Assembly (NCBI GenBank): GCA_965218095.1
Contig: OZ244587.1
Span: 1,248,001 to 1,312,000, forward strand
Direction of reading: 5' to 3'
DNA length: 64,000 nt
Source of the DNA: Candidatus Poribacteria bacterium
Lineage (GTDB): Bacteria > Poribacteria > WGA-4E > PCPOR2b
In this document: positions 1-10,617 of the stretch, piece after piece
Layout of the letters: each line of letters opens with the position of its first letter
How positions within the stretch are numbered: position 1 is the stretch's first letter
Notes under the pieces: generated by a model
Databases searched by the model: none
What the model saw: only the letters and a program-made list of their open reading frames with translations
Told to the model about the DNA's origin: nothing
Position numbers and translations under genes: made by a program

Positions 1-2350
1 TGACAGGATAGATATATTTGAAATTGTATTTTCACTGATCTTCAGCTGCGTGAGACTTGTCAATCCTGCCAACGCCGATATATCTGAGATGCTGTTCCCC
101 CAGATATACAGTTTTGTGAGGTTGGTTAGGCTTGCCAGTATAGATAGGTTTGAGATTTGGTTATCCCATAGCTGCAACTCTGTCAGGTTGGTCAACCCCG
201 CAAGTGCGGATATATCCGAGATGCTGTTGTCTCCCAGTTTGAGTGTTGTGAGGTTTGTCGCTGTCTCAAGTCCGGTCAAATTGGATATACTTGCATCTTG
301 TGCGGTAAGCGAGGTGAGCGTTGCCATCTCTGTGGGAGTGATTGGGTCTCCTGATTTTTTACCGAGAGCGGCTTCAATTTCGGCGCGTAGATTGGGGTCT
401 GGGATGTTTACTGCTGCCACCACTTTAGCGGTATCGTCTATGTCGGTGACGTTGATAGTAACAGTAATGGTATCTGTGAGACTACCATCGGAGACGGTGA
501 TTGTTACGGTATAGACGGTTTTGGTTTCATAGTCGAGCGCGGATTTGGTTTGCAACTGCCCGGTGCTGCTATTAATGCTAAACGATGCTGCATCAGTACC
601 ACCGAGTGTATAGGTGAGGGTGTCGTTGTCAGCATCCGTGGCGGCTATAGCAGCCCCAATGTTTACGCCTGCCGCAGTGTTTTCTGCGATTGAGCGAGTG
701 GTAGAAGTGTCATCGGTGAACACTGGGGCGGTGTTTGCCGCCACCGTTGTGACTTCAATCGTGCCTTGTGTGACTTGGCCGTTTTGAATTATACAATTAT
801 CCGCAGAGACACAGGTATATGTTCCGTTATCCGCAGTTAGACTTCGTCCAGGGCCCATTGTAAGACGGGGTGTATTAAATCCACTGGGTAATGGAATATC
901 ATCACCGACCTCGTAAGTAGCCATGTCGGTTTGTTGCTCATCGACATCTGTGACATTGATGGTGACGGTAATGCTGTCACTACCGCCATTCCCATCCGAG
1001 ACGGAGACTGTGACAGAATAGGATGACTTCGTTTCATAATCTAGTGCTGTTTGTGTTTTCAACTGCCCAGTGGTACTATTGATATCAAACAAAGCCGCGT
1101 CGGTGCCGCTGAGAGTGTAGGTGAGGGTGTCGTTGTCTGCGTCCGTAGCGGCTACTGCGTTGCCGATGTTTACATCTGCTGCGGTATTCTCTGCTATTGT
1201 GCGGGTGGTGGAAGTGCCATCGGTGAATGTCGGTGCGGTATTCGTCGTCGCTGCTGTGGCGGTAAAGGTTGCCGTCTGGGAAACCCCTTGGACACTGACG
1301 CGAACCGTATTTGTGCCAGCGCTGTTTCCAAGCGTCAGCGTGCTCTCTGCCCTGCCGTTAGTGTTGGTTGTGGTGTTTGTTGCACTCAATGTGCCCCCGC
1401 CCGCGGTAACAGCAAACGTCACCGGCACCCCTGCAAACGCGACACGGCTTGCATCTTGCACTTCCACAACAAACGGCTGTGCAAGCGTTGTGCCGGTGTT
1501 GCCCGATTGCGTATCGCCCGATATTTTCACAGGTGTGGTCGCTACGCGGTTATCAAATTCTATATACACATTTTTCGCCTGCAGGGCGGGTATGTGCGTA
1601 TAGATAGATGGATAATTCAACGGATTTCCCGACGCATTGAGCTCGGTGAACTCACCAAATCCTGTGTTTGCAACTAACGGTGAGAGGTCAGAGACGGCGT
1701 TATTCTGAAAATATAACTCTGCCAGTTTGGTGAGATTTTGGACAACAGATATATCTGAAATGCTGTTGTTCGGCATATCCAACCACACCAGTTTGGTGAG
1801 GTTCTGAACAGGCGTTATGTTTGTGATGGTGTTGTTTCCGATTTGCAGTTCTGTCAGGTTTGTCAAGCCTGCCAACGCCGATATATCTGAGATGGCGTTG
1901 TCTTTAAGACTGAGTTCTGTCAGATTCGTCAATCTTGACAGGATAGATATATTTGAAATTGTATTTTCATTGATCTTCAGCTGCGTGAGACTTGTCAAGC
2001 CTGCCAACACAGATATATCTGAGATGCCGTTCCTCCAGATATACAGTTTTGTGAGGTTGGTTAGGCTTGCAAGGATAGATAGGTTAGAGAATGGGTTATC
2101 CCAAAGCTGCAACTCTGTTAGGCTTGTCAATCCTGCAAGTGCAGAGATATCCGATACCGAGTTGTTTCCAAGTTTGAGCGTGGTGAGGTTTGTCGCTGTC
2201 TCAAGCCCTGTCAAATCGGAGATTCTTGCATCTTGTGCGGTAAGTGAAGTTAACGTTGCCATCTCCGCTGTGGAGATTGGGGCACCGGATGTTTTGCCGA
2301 GCGCGTCCTCAATTTTGGCGCGGAGGTTGGGGTCGGGGATGTTTACTGAT
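1..2350. repeat. Internal duplication: about 1-410 is a diverged copy of about 1936-2346 (internalin-type LRR block)
   Basis: tgacaggatagatatatttgaaattgtattttca occurs at 1 and at 1936, followed by about 400 bp of colinear similarity. Confidence 0.85.
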
Positions 2351-5300
2351 GTTCTCTGTGTATCAACAACGGTAGGTCCTGCACTGATGACTTCAAGTGG
2401 TAGGTCGGGAGATTTGGCGAGTTCATAACCCTGGTGAAGAGCACTACCGCGTTGGTCCGCATCAGTCGGTAACCCCGGCAACGTCCCAATATCTACGGTT
2501 ACAGCAGCGGTTGAGCCTGCGGGGCGGTTCACAGTAAGCACGTCGCTTTCCACACTGCCGATGGGGATCATGATACTTGTTACGTCCCCACTGATACTAC
2601 CGTTCGTAACGGTGAGGGGCAGCACTATATTAAACGGAGCGCCTGTGGGTGCGACTGCCTTAAACTGCCCATCTGCAACCTTCTCCAACGAAACGGTAAG
2701 TGACAGATCCGTTGTCTCCTGACGCAGTTTGAGTGTTGTCAGTGAGGTGAGCCCTTCAAATATGCCATCCGGCAACGTCGTCAAATCGTTTCTACTCAAG
2801 TCAATCGTTGCCAGTGCGGTGAGCCCATCAAATATGCCATCCGGCAACGTCGTCAAATCGTTGCCCCACAAGCTGATCGCTGTCAGCGCGGTGAGCCCAT
2901 CAAATATGCCATCCGGCAACGTCGTCAAATCGTTTCTACTCAAGCTGATCGTTGTCAGTGAGGTGAGCCCCTCAAATATGCCGGCAGGTAACGTCGTCAA
3001 ATTGTTACTCTGCAACTCGATGGTTGTCAGTGAGGTGAGCCCCTCAAATATACCGGCGGGTAACGTCGTCAAATCGTTGCCATACAAGGGGATCCTTGTC
3101 AGTGCGGTGAGCCCCTCAAATATGCCGGCAGGCAACGTCGTCAAATCGTTGTTCCACAAGCCGATTGATCGCAGCGAAGTGAGACCCTCGAAATCACTAG
3201 ATTTCAATGAAGTTATTGACTTTACTTGCAGGTCGAGGTATGTAATTGCTTTGAGGTGTGCCAAGGACACATCGTCAATGGACATATCGTTAACGCGAAC
3301 GGAATTTAAATTAGCCATAATCGCGTCCCGTACCTGAGGCGTACGTTCACTTACCCGGATTAATGTTGTCCCACCCAGTTCTGTGAACTCCAGTGGCCAG
3401 CCAGGTGATTTAACGAGCCTATAGTCAGAATGACCAGAGGGCAACCCCGGCAACGTTCCGATATCCACGGCAACAGCATTGGTCGTGTCGGAAGCACGGG
3501 TCACGGTAAGAATTTCGCTTTCCACACTACCCGCAGGAATCGTGATGCTCGTTGCACCACCGTTGATACTCCCATTGGTAACAGTGAGTGGTAACACCAT
3601 TTCAAACGGCGCGCCCGTGGGTGCTACCGCCTTGAATTGCCCTTCTCCAAACTTCTGTAGTGATAAGGTAACGCGCAACCTGCCTGGATTATTATACATC
3701 GAAAGCGATGTCAGGTTTGAAAGTCCTTCAAATATACCCTCTGGCAGATTCGTAAGATCATTGTCAGACAACCTAAGTGATGTCAGATTTGAAAGTCCTT
3801 CAAAAACATCTCCAGGTAGACTCGTCAGCGAATTGTGTGCCAGATAAAGTGATGTCAGATTTGAAAGCCCATCAAACACCTCCTCCGGCAGACTACTTAG
3901 CGAATTGTTACGCAAAAAGAGAGTTTTCAATGCCGACAGCCCATCAAACACCTCCTCCGGCAGACTACTTAGCGAATTGTTATATAAGTCGATTGTAGCC
4001 AATTTTGAAAGCCCATCAAACACTTCCTCTGGTAGACTCGTTAAGGAATTTGAAGCCAACTGGAGTTTTTCAAGTGCCGACAAATCTTCAAACACGTCCA
4101 CAGGCAGGCTCGTTAGCGCATTTGATTGCAGCCAGAGTTCTTTCAATGCTGATAACCCATCAAACACGTCCTCCGGCAAACTGGTTATGGAATTGTTATC
4201 TAGGATAAGCGTTTCCAGAGACGGCATTCCGGAAAAATCGCCAGTTTTCAGTGAGGTAATTGATTTATTGCGTAGAGAAAGGTAGGTTATTGATCTTACG
4301 TGCACCGGTGTCACATTGTTGGCAGAAATCCCTTGCTGAAACCTAGCGCGAGTAAGGAGCACTATTTGATCGCGCACCTGCGGGGTACGCTCGCTGACCG
4401 GGGTGAATACGGGATCCAGCCCGGTGAATGTCAGCGGCAGGTCGTCTGATTTGACAAGGGAGTAGCCGGAATGATTTGTGGGTAACCCCGGCAATGTTCC
4501 GATATTCACGGTAACGGTGGAGGTCCTATCGGAGGTGCGCAATACCGTGAGCGGTTCACTTTCCAAGCTGCCGGCAGGAATCGTGATGGTTGTTGCGCCA
4601 CTGTAAATGGTGCCGTTGGCGATGTTGAGAGGCAGCACAATATCAAAGGGTGCGCCGGTCGGTGCTACCGCCTTGAACTGATTGTCACCAACCTTCTCAA
4701 GGGAAACAGTTAGGGGCAGGGGATAAGCTGCATTTTCCTCTAAATGGAGCCTTGTCAGTCCGGTCAACCCTTCAAAAATGCCATCTGGCAAAGTGGTGAA
4801 CTGATTGCCCCTCATAGCCAGAACCGTCAGCTTAGTTAGCCCGTCAAAGATGCTGCTGGGCAGAGTAGTAAACCGGTTGTAACCGAGTTGGATCCATGTC
4901 AGCGAGGTAAGTTCATCAAAGATGTCCTCCGGCAAGCTGCTTAATTGGTTGCCATATAGGCGGAGGGTTGTCAATACAGTGAGTCCGTCAAAGATGTCTT
5001 CCGGCAGTATCGTTAACTGGTTGGAGCCCAAGTGGAGTTCCTCTAAGCCGGTGAGTCCCTCGAAATCGCCGACTTTTAGCGAGGTAATTGACTGACCAGA
5101 TAGATCTAGGTACGTAATCGCTGCAAGGTGTGCCTCTGTCACTTCGTTGGCAGAATTAACACCCGGCACCGCGGCGACGATAGCATCACGTACCTGTGGG
5201 GTGCGTTCGCTAACTGGGATAAATCCGCTTACCAAACGACTGATGACGAACAGTGGTAAGTCGTCGGATTTGACAAGGGTGTAACCTTGATGAAGAGGAG

Positions 5301-7605
5301 TTCCATACCGATTCACATCGGTAGGCAGCCCCGGCAACGTTCCGATATCCACGGTGATAGCTGCGGTCGTGCCAAGCGTACGGGTCACAGTGAGGGATGT
5401 GCTTTCCACGCTGCCCTTGGGAATCGTGAGGGTGTTCGCCCCACCGCTGATGCTCCCGTTCCTAGCACTGACCGGCAGCACAATATCAAACGGCGCGCCT
5501 GTGGGTGCTATAGCCTTGAACTGACCCTCTCCAACCTTTTCCAGCGACACAGTAAGGGGCAGTGGGTCAACAGCGTTACGCCCTAAGCGTAGTGATGTCA
5601 ACGACGGCAACTGAGAAAAGATACCTGCAGGTAAGCTGGTTAACTGATTACCGGACAAATCAAGCGATGTCAGCGACGATAGCCCAGAAAAATCGTCTGC
5701 CGATAAACTACTGAGCCTGCCACGTATCGTAAGACTTGTTAGTGATGTTAGATTGTCAAACACACCATCCGGTAGGGAGGTGAGTTTCACTCCGGACAAG
5801 TTGAGCGAAATCAAAGATGTTAGATTGTCAAATACGCCATCCGGCAGGGAAGAAAGAAGACTATTACGCTCCAAGTTGAGACGCTCCAACGATGTCAGAT
5901 GGTCAAACACACCATCCGGCAGGGAAGTAATTTTGTTTTGGGCTAGGTCAAGCGTTGTCAGTGATGTCAAATTGTCAAATACGCCATCCGGCAGGGAGGT
6001 AAACGTATTAGCATAGGCAGCACCATCCAAAATAAGTGTGTTTAGCTGGGTCAACTGGTCAAAAGCTCCGGCAGGGATGGAAGCGATTCGGTGGTAACCC
6101 ATATTTAGAATCTTCAGTGAGGTTAGACCGAGGACCGCGTTAGGGATGGTAGTGAATTTTGAGTTGTAAAGGCTGAGTCTTTCCAGTGAGGTCAGATCGT
6201 CAAAAATACCATCTGGTAGGATGATACCCGCATGCCCATTCATCTCAAGGGTTGCCAGTGCGGTCAACCCCGAAAAATCGCCTATCTGAAATTGAATGGG
6301 TGTGCTACTCAGGGGTGTCCCTGATGGGAGCCCCCTAATCCCTGCGAGGTGTGCCTCTGTCACTTCGTAGTCAGCACTTACACCCGCTGCTCGCACAATT
6401 GCATCGCGCACCTGTGGCGTGCGTTCACCGACTGGTGTAGGACCCCCCGACAAGCCTTCAAGCACCTGTATCGGCAGCCGTGTGGGTGTTTTGAACAGTT
6501 CGTAGCCTGCGGGCGGATTCGGTAGGTTCCCGATATTAACAATAACCGGAAACGTCGTGCCGGGTATGCGGGATACGTTGATAACATCACTTTCTGTGCT
6601 GCCTGCCGGAATCGTGACAGTTGCCGCTCCCACTCCGTTGATGATTGTGATTGGCAGGACGATGTCAGATGGCGCACTCGCGGTTGCTGTGGCTTTGAAC
6701 TGACCTTCGCTGACTTGCGTCAGCGAGACAAATGCGGTCGGACTGTTACGTGGTTCGCCCCAAATTCTGATTTTCAACGGATATGCCCTAAATGAATCAG
6801 ATGAAATACCTGGGGCTAAACTATCCCCATTGTCATCTCGGGCCCTCTGCCAACCTGGAAGGATGGACGCGATTGATCTATTATAGACTCGATCACGAAT
6901 AGACCACCCCGGCGCGGAGCCAGTATCCTCGTCGTCCTCATAGGTGAGGGATAACACGGAACTGTTGGCATCAGTCGCTTTAACTTTAATAAAGTATTCC
7001 GTATCAGGGGCAAGTATAACGCTATTATTCCCACTGAATACTTGGACTCCTGTACCTGTGTTTTGCGAACGACCTAATGTGTATAGAAGCGAATCAATCC
7101 GAAAAAATCCACCCGATGCGTGTCCAACCCAGATACTTACGGAAAGATTAAGTGGCGTTGAAGGATCATTTGCAAACCGTACATGAAGATTAACACCACT
7201 AATTCTGTAGCCATTTCCATGGACTCCAGTCCGGAATCCTTGAGTCAAGGGGGTCCAAGCTCCAAAGCTCACCCGGTGATGGTCGTCAAAAGGTACACCT
7301 ACGCGAGCAAGGAAGAATTTGTCTGGTTGATCGAAGTTGCTCACGAGCAGCTGTTGTGCATGCGCGCTGTCGACCGCACCGAGGACCGCGACCCCCATCA
7401 AGACAACGAAAGCGCAGCGGACCAATAGACTGATTGACCGGGAAAGACGGGACATTCGCCTTGATTGTTTCATGTGTGCTAAGGTCAAATTGTGTATAAA
7501 CAACTCAGGCGACGATTTTCTTCCGCTGCTTGAGGGGCGATCCGTTTCCATGATTGTGTTTTCCTTATGACCACGAGAGGCAAAGCGAAGAAGTTGCCTT
7601 TTCAT
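1..7605 (-). CDS. Giant secreted leucine-rich-repeat / cadherin-domain surface protein (>2,535 aa; 3' end beyond the window edge)
   Basis: ATG at 7605 follows RBS AAGGAG. Signal-like segment SLLVRCAFVVLMGVAVLGAVDSAHAQQ. The same frame reads LRR sequence (ISENTISNISILS) at position 1-40, and the ORF track reports no stop-terminated ORF in this frame. Domains: N-terminal choice-of-anchor-R-like domain (LVSNFDQ...GWSIRD), 24-aa LRR blocks (LPDGxFDGLTSL), 22-aa internalin-type LRRs with an IPDPNLRA cap, an Ig/Big_1-like domain, and two cadherin domains (PVFTDG...AENTAA...LDYETK). Confidence 0.9.
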   Translation of the reverse strand, partial: MKRQLLRFASRGHKENTIMETDRPSSSGRKSSPELFIHNLTLAHMKQSRRMSRLSRSISLLVRCAFVVLMGVAVLGAVDSAHAQQLLVSNFDQPDKFFLARVGVPFDDHHRVSFGAWTPLTQGFRTGVHGNGYRISGVNLHVRFANDPSTPLNLSVSIWVGHASGGFFRIDSLLYTLGRSQNTGTGVQVFSGNNSVILAPDTEYFIKVKATDANSSVLSLTYEDDEDTGSAPGWSIRDRVYNRSIASILPGWQRARDDNGDSLAPGISSDSFRAYPLKIRIWGEPRNSPTAFVSLTQVSEGQFKATATASAPSDIVLPITIINGVGAATVTIPAGSTESDVINVSRIPGTTFPVIVNIGNLPNPPAGYELFKTPTRLPIQVLEGLSGGPTPVGERTPQVRDAIVRAAGVSADYEVTEAHLAGIRGLPSGTPLSSTPIQFQIGDFSGLTALATLEMNGHAGIILPDGIFDDLTSLERLSLYNSKFTTIPNAVLGLTSLKILNMGYHRIASIPAGAFDQLTQLNTLILDGAAYANTFTSLPDGVFDNLTSLTTLDLAQNKITSLPDGVFDHLTSLERLNLERNSLLSSLPDGVFDNLTSLISLNLSGVKLTSLPDGVFDNLTSLTSLTIRGRLSSLSADDFSGLSSLTSLDLSGNQLTSLPAGIFSQLPSLTSLRLGRNAVDPLPLTVSLEKVGEGQFKAIAPTGAPFDIVLPVSARNGSISGGANTLTIPKGSVESTSLTVTRTLGTTAAITVDIGTLPGLPTDVNRYGTPLHQGYTLVKSDDLPLFVISRLVSGFIPVSERTPQVRDAIVAAVPGVNSANEVTEAHLAAITYLDLSGQSITSLKVGDFEGLTGLEELHLGSNQLTILPEDIFDGLTVLTTLRLYGNQLSSLPEDIFDELTSLTWIQLGYNRFTTLPSSIFDGLTKLTVLAMRGNQFTTLPDGIFEGLTGLTRLHLEENAAYPLPLTVSLEKVGDNQFKAVAPTGAPFDIVLPLNIANGTIYSGATTITIPAGSLESEPLTVLRTSDRTSTVTVNIGTLPGLPTNHSGYSLVKSDDLPLTFTGLDPVFTPVSERTPQVRDQIVLLTRARFQQGISANNVTPVHVRSITYLSLRNKSITSLKTGDFSGMPSLETLILDNNSITSLPEDVFDGLSALKELWLQSNALTSLPVDVFEDLSALEKLQLASNSLTSLPEEVFDGLSKLATIDLYNNSLSSLPEEVFDGLSALKTLFLRNNSLSSLPEEVFDGLSNLTSLYLAHNSLTSLPGDVFEGLSNLTSLRLSDNDLTNLPEGIFEGLSNLTSLSMYNNPGRLRVTLSLQKFGEGQFKAVAPTGAPFEMVLPLTVTNGSINGGATSITIPAGSVESEILTVTRASDTTNAVAVDIGTLPGLPSGHSDYRLVKSPGWPLEFTELGGTTLIRVSERTPQVRDAIMANLNSVRVNDMSIDDVSLAHLKAITYLDLQVKSITSLKSSDFEGLTSLRSIGLWNNDLTTLPAGIFEGLTALTRIPLYGNDLTTLPAGIFEGLTSLTTIELQSNNLTTLPAGIFEGLTSLTTISLSRNDLTTLPDGIFDGLTALTAISLWGNDLTTLPDGIFDGLTALATIDLSRNDLTTLPDGIFEGLTSLTTLKLRQETTDLSLTVSLEKVADGQFKAVAPTGAPFNIVLPLTVTNGSISGDVTSIMIPIGSVESDVLTVNRPAGSTAAVTVDIGTLPGLPTDADQRGSALHQGYELAKSPDLPLEVISAGPTVVDTQRTSVNIPDPNLRAKIEDALGKTSGAPISTAEMATLTSLTAQDARISDLTGLETATNLTTLKLGNNSVSDISALAGLTSLTELQLWDNPFSNLSILASLTNLTKLYIWRNGISDISVLAGLTSLTQLKINENTISNISILSRLTNLTELSLKDNAISDISALAGLTNLTELQIGNNTITNITPVQNLTKLVWLDMPNNSISDISVVQNLTKLAELYFQNNAVSDLSPLVANTGFGEFTELNASGNPLNYPSIYTHIPALQAKNVYIEFDNRVATTPVKISGDTQSGNTGTTLAQPFVVEVQDASRVAFAGVPVTFAVTAGGGTLSATNTTTNTNGRAESTLTLGNSAGTNTVRVSVQGVSQTATFTATAATTNTAPTFTDGTSTTRTIAENTAADVNIGNAVAATDADNDTLTYTLSGTDAALFDINSTTGQLKTQTALDYETKSSYSVTVSVSDGNGGSDSITVTINVTDVDEQQTDMATYEVGDDIPLPSGFNTPRLTMGPGRSLTADNGTYTCVSADNCIIQNGQVTQGTIEVTTVAANTAPVFTDDTSTTRSIAENTAAGVNIGAAIAATDADNDTLTYTLGGTDAASFSINSSTGQLQTKSALDYETKTVYTVTITVSDGSLTDTITVTINVTDIDDTAKVVAAVNIPDPNLRAEIEAALGKKSGDPITPTEMATLTSLTAQDASISNLTGLETATNLTTLKLGDNSISDISALAGLTNLTELQLWDNQISNLSILASLTNLTKLYIWGNSISDISALAGLTSLTQLKISENTISNISILS
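2735..3190. repeat. Near-identical 72-bp tandem repeats encoding 24-aa LRR units
   Basis: The string gtgagcccntcaaatatgccnnncggcaacgtcgtcaaatcgtt recurs with a 72-bp period about six times. Confidence 0.9.
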
Positions 7606-7970
7606 GATTTTTGACTCCTTTACGATTAAGCAGTCGTGCAATTCGTTGTGCGTCTTGACAAAACGAGTGTTGAGTTAGCTCCGGTTCCGTTCATCCCTAC
7701 GAGGCCTGCCGAATTTGTAATGGATTGGAAGTTGGTAGCCGCTCGCCTACATCTTCTGCGACTATCATCCTACAATACTAGGTTCTAAGTCAACCCTTGT
7801 TTGGCACTTGACGATGACCTTCTGCTGCGCGCTAGGATCAAGCGACTGAACAAGGAGTGATCAACTGAGCGAATAGTGAAGGCGATAGAAGATCCCGATA
7901 GTAAATCCTGTGCGATAGAGATCCTCTTGCCCCGCTCCATGGAAAGTGATAAGAGAAATTCACTCCTTCC

Positions 7971-10067
7971 CTATTTGATGATGAGCATCTTCCGCGTAGC
8001 AGAATAGTCCCCGGCAGACAGATGATAGAAATACACGCCGCTTGCCATCTGCTCACCGAACTCGTTACGACCATCCCAGTAAATCGCTTTCGACCGACTT
8101 TCGTAGAACGCCGCCATCCGATGCCCAACTTCAAGCGTACGAACAATCCGTCCACTCTGGTCATAGATGGTCAGCGTTACAAAAGCATCCTCTGCCAACC
8201 GATACGGAATCCACGTCTCTGGGTTGAATGGATTCGGGTAGTTTGGCAGGAGTACCGTCTCTTTAGGAGCCAGCGTTGCCAGAAGTCGCTCCAAGAAAAG
8301 AACGCCCCGCTGCGACGTTGCATCCGTCAAGTTTAGTGTTTGCGTTTGAGCCAACCACTGCCCCACGTCTGTTGCCGTCAGCATCGTCAGTGCCCGTGGA
8401 TTTGAGGACGGCGCGGCTGCCACATTCCCAAACGCCCCCGCTACCAACACCAAATCCTGGATGTTCACAATCCCATCGCCGTTTACGTCCGCCACCAGAT
8501 CTAGACCCTCATCCCCGAGATCTGACGCCACCAACACCAAATCCAAGATATTTACGACTCCATCGCTGTTCACATCGGGATCAACGACAGTAACTAACGG
8601 GCTTTGTCCGATCAATTTCAAGGTTCTATCCGAACGTGACGCGGAGCTAACGATGAAGGTAGCAATGCGAGCCGCGGAGGTAGTTGCTCCCGAATTACCG
8701 CCGCCACTGCCATAAGTAACAGTGATTGTATCACCGGGCATCAGGGTCTGAATATCGACTTGAATCTTATGCTTGGTGAACGTTACATCACCAAGCATTC
8801 CGGTTGAGGTAACGGTCGTGTATCCCGGTAGGCCTTGAATCCCCTGTGGCGGTGTCCAACCTGACGCAACGTGGACCGTAATCGCCCCTCCACGCATCCT
8901 GCCTTCGGCGGTATAGGTAATAACCATTTCGGTGCCATCGCTATGTGCAGCGACAGAAGCCGGCGAAACAGAAGCCGCCCCAGATCCGTCTGGGGTGTCA
9001 GGCGGCGCCTCAAACGCCAGATGATTCGACAAAAACTCCAGCGATTTTTCGGCGATGAATGTGTGTCCATCGTTATGCTCCTCGTATTCGTGATTGATCC
9101 CGAGATTAGTCATAGCGCGATCCAGCGCTCTCCCCTGGCGAAGGAATGCAGTTTCGTCCTTAGTACCATGGACGAGCTTAATTCCATTCAACTTCACCGG
9201 CAGATCGAGCGCCCGATCCAATTCATGGATGATGTCATTCTCAATAATGCGCTCCCAGACTTCATCCACGCGCCGAAACCAGAGGCCGTCCACTTCATAC
9301 GGCATATCCAAATAGAAGGGCGGCTTGTCAGGGTTGGGGGCGACCGCCGCCAGATACGCGAGGCCGTTTCGTGCCGGCAGGGGCAATTTATCGAAGAGCT
9401 CCCAAGCCTGGTCTTCAGGCAATATCTCCAAACCGAGCGAGACGATAGCGCCCACAACCTCTACGAAATTCTCAACCCAATAATCACTGAAATTGTAAGT
9501 ACCTGCCTGAGCGACGACCACACTGAATACATCGGGATATTTCAGGGCAAGGTGCATCGAACCGTATCCCCCCATCGAAAAGCCGGTAATCCCTCGACTG
9601 TCCCGGTGGGGGATTGTCCGATAATTGGCGTCGATAAAATTGACCACATCCCTCACAATGTACGTTTCATAATCTCCGATCGTTGGAGAACTGATATATT
9701 GACTGCCGTCAAACCTGTTCGAGCCATCAACGAAAACGGCAATCATTTCCCCAATTTCCTCATTTTGGATCATCCGGTCCATCGCTGATTTGACTTTGTT
9801 CGTCAGGCTCTTCGCGTTTCCGCCGAATCCATGAAGCACATAGATTACGGGATATCGCTTTTGGCTGAACTCATAGCTTGGCGGCAGATAAATCCCTGTC
9901 GATTTGGCTCCCGAATCGCCGATGAGATTGTCCTTCAATGCATCCCAGGTGCGCTGCCACCAAACCAGCTTGCTCCCCTGCGCCAGGGCAGCAGGCTGCG
10001 AGGCCAGAGTGATTAGCAACCAGAGCAGAATGTAAAACGGTGGATTTTTGAGCGGAGTTTTGAACAT
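7971..10067 (-). CDS. Secreted esterase (alpha/beta hydrolase) with dockerin-like and FlgD/CTD C-terminal domains
   Basis: Signal peptide; YVLHG and GFSMGG nucleophile motif; DVNSDGVVNILDLVLVA x2 (dockerin/EF-hand); PNYPNPFNPETWIPY...YWDGRN C-terminal domain. Confidence 0.85.
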   Translation of the reverse strand: MFKTPLKNPPFYILLWLLITLASQPAALAQGSKLVWWQRTWDALKDNLIGDSGAKSTGIYLPPSYEFSQKRYPVIYVLHGFGGNAKSLTNKVKSAMDRMIQNEEIGEMIAVFVDGSNRFDGSQYISSPTIGDYETYIVRDVVNFIDANYRTIPHRDSRGITGFSMGGYGSMHLALKYPDVFSVVVAQAGTYNFSDYWVENFVEVVGAIVSLGLEILPEDQAWELFDKLPLPARNGLAYLAAVAPNPDKPPFYLDMPYEVDGLWFRRVDEVWERIIENDIIHELDRALDLPVKLNGIKLVHGTKDETAFLRQGRALDRAMTNLGINHEYEEHNDGHTFIAEKSLEFLSNHLAFEAPPDTPDGSGAASVSPASVAAHSDGTEMVITYTAEGRMRGGAITVHVASGWTPPQGIQGLPGYTTVTSTGMLGDVTFTKHKIQVDIQTLMPGDTITVTYGSGGGNSGATTSAARIATFIVSSASRSDRTLKLIGQSPLVTVVDPDVNSDGVVNILDLVLVASDLGDEGLDLVADVNGDGIVNIQDLVLVAGAFGNVAAAPSSNPRALTMLTATDVGQWLAQTQTLNLTDATSQRGVLFLERLLATLAPKETVLLPNYPNPFNPETWIPYRLAEDAFVTLTIYDQSGRIVRTLEVGHRMAAFYESRSKAIYWDGRNEFGEQMASGVYFYHLSAGDYSATRKMLIIK

Positions 10068-10289
10068 GATTTGTTAGCTTCCTGGTGTAAGAGATACACA
10101 ACTTCTTGGGATGGTTCTGAACCGGTTAATTTCACACTTGCCAATTTGTGTATATTTCGTATTGCGTAGAACATAAAAGAAGTCGTTCTTCTTACGTTTT
10201 ACTTGATTCAAGTTCCAATCTAACTTGACTTTGTATGAGATTAAAAGAGGTAATCGGCAGATCCACTGGTGGCTCCGGTCTCCGACCGA

Positions 10290-10570
10290 GAGTCTTTGAC
10301 CTGTCTTCAACTCGATTGCCTTCTGCCCCGGGATATCCTCGTGGCGCGTGTTGAGCAGGCACTCCCGCTCGTGGTCTGTCCGGTAGCGCCGTTGGCTGCC
10401 GGGGACGACCATAAGGCGGGCATCGTTTATCAGCGTCAAGTGCTATTTGAGCCGGGTCATGGGCCGGTTCAGGATCTCAAGTTCAACCTCTTCTGTGCTG
10501 TCCCGTTCATTTTTGCCGAAATCCCGGTGCCACCCAAAGCCGTAATCGGCATTGTAGGGATTGTTGATAG
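10290..10570 (-). pseudogene. Phytanoyl-CoA dioxygenase family remnant
   Basis: Reads GFGWHRDFG...MTRLK*HLTLINDARLMVVPGSQRR with an in-frame TAG at 10443-10445; no start or proper end. Confidence 0.6.
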
Positions 10571-10617
10571 AGCAAATATATTTGCTCTCGGAAAAAGTCT
10601 CGTCATTTCCTCTGCTG

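Noticed and set aside
2735-3190. CRISPR-like periodic repeats
   Set aside because: The period is exactly 72 bp (24 codons) inside a coding frame, with no unique spacers and no cas genes.
50-7570. Numerous plus-strand ORFs rich in Ser/Val/Pro
   Set aside because: They are antisense shadows of the repetitive minus-strand LRR gene.
7606-7800. Riboswitch in the LRR gene leader
   Set aside because: No recognisable aptamer consensus by eye; an Rfam search would be needed.
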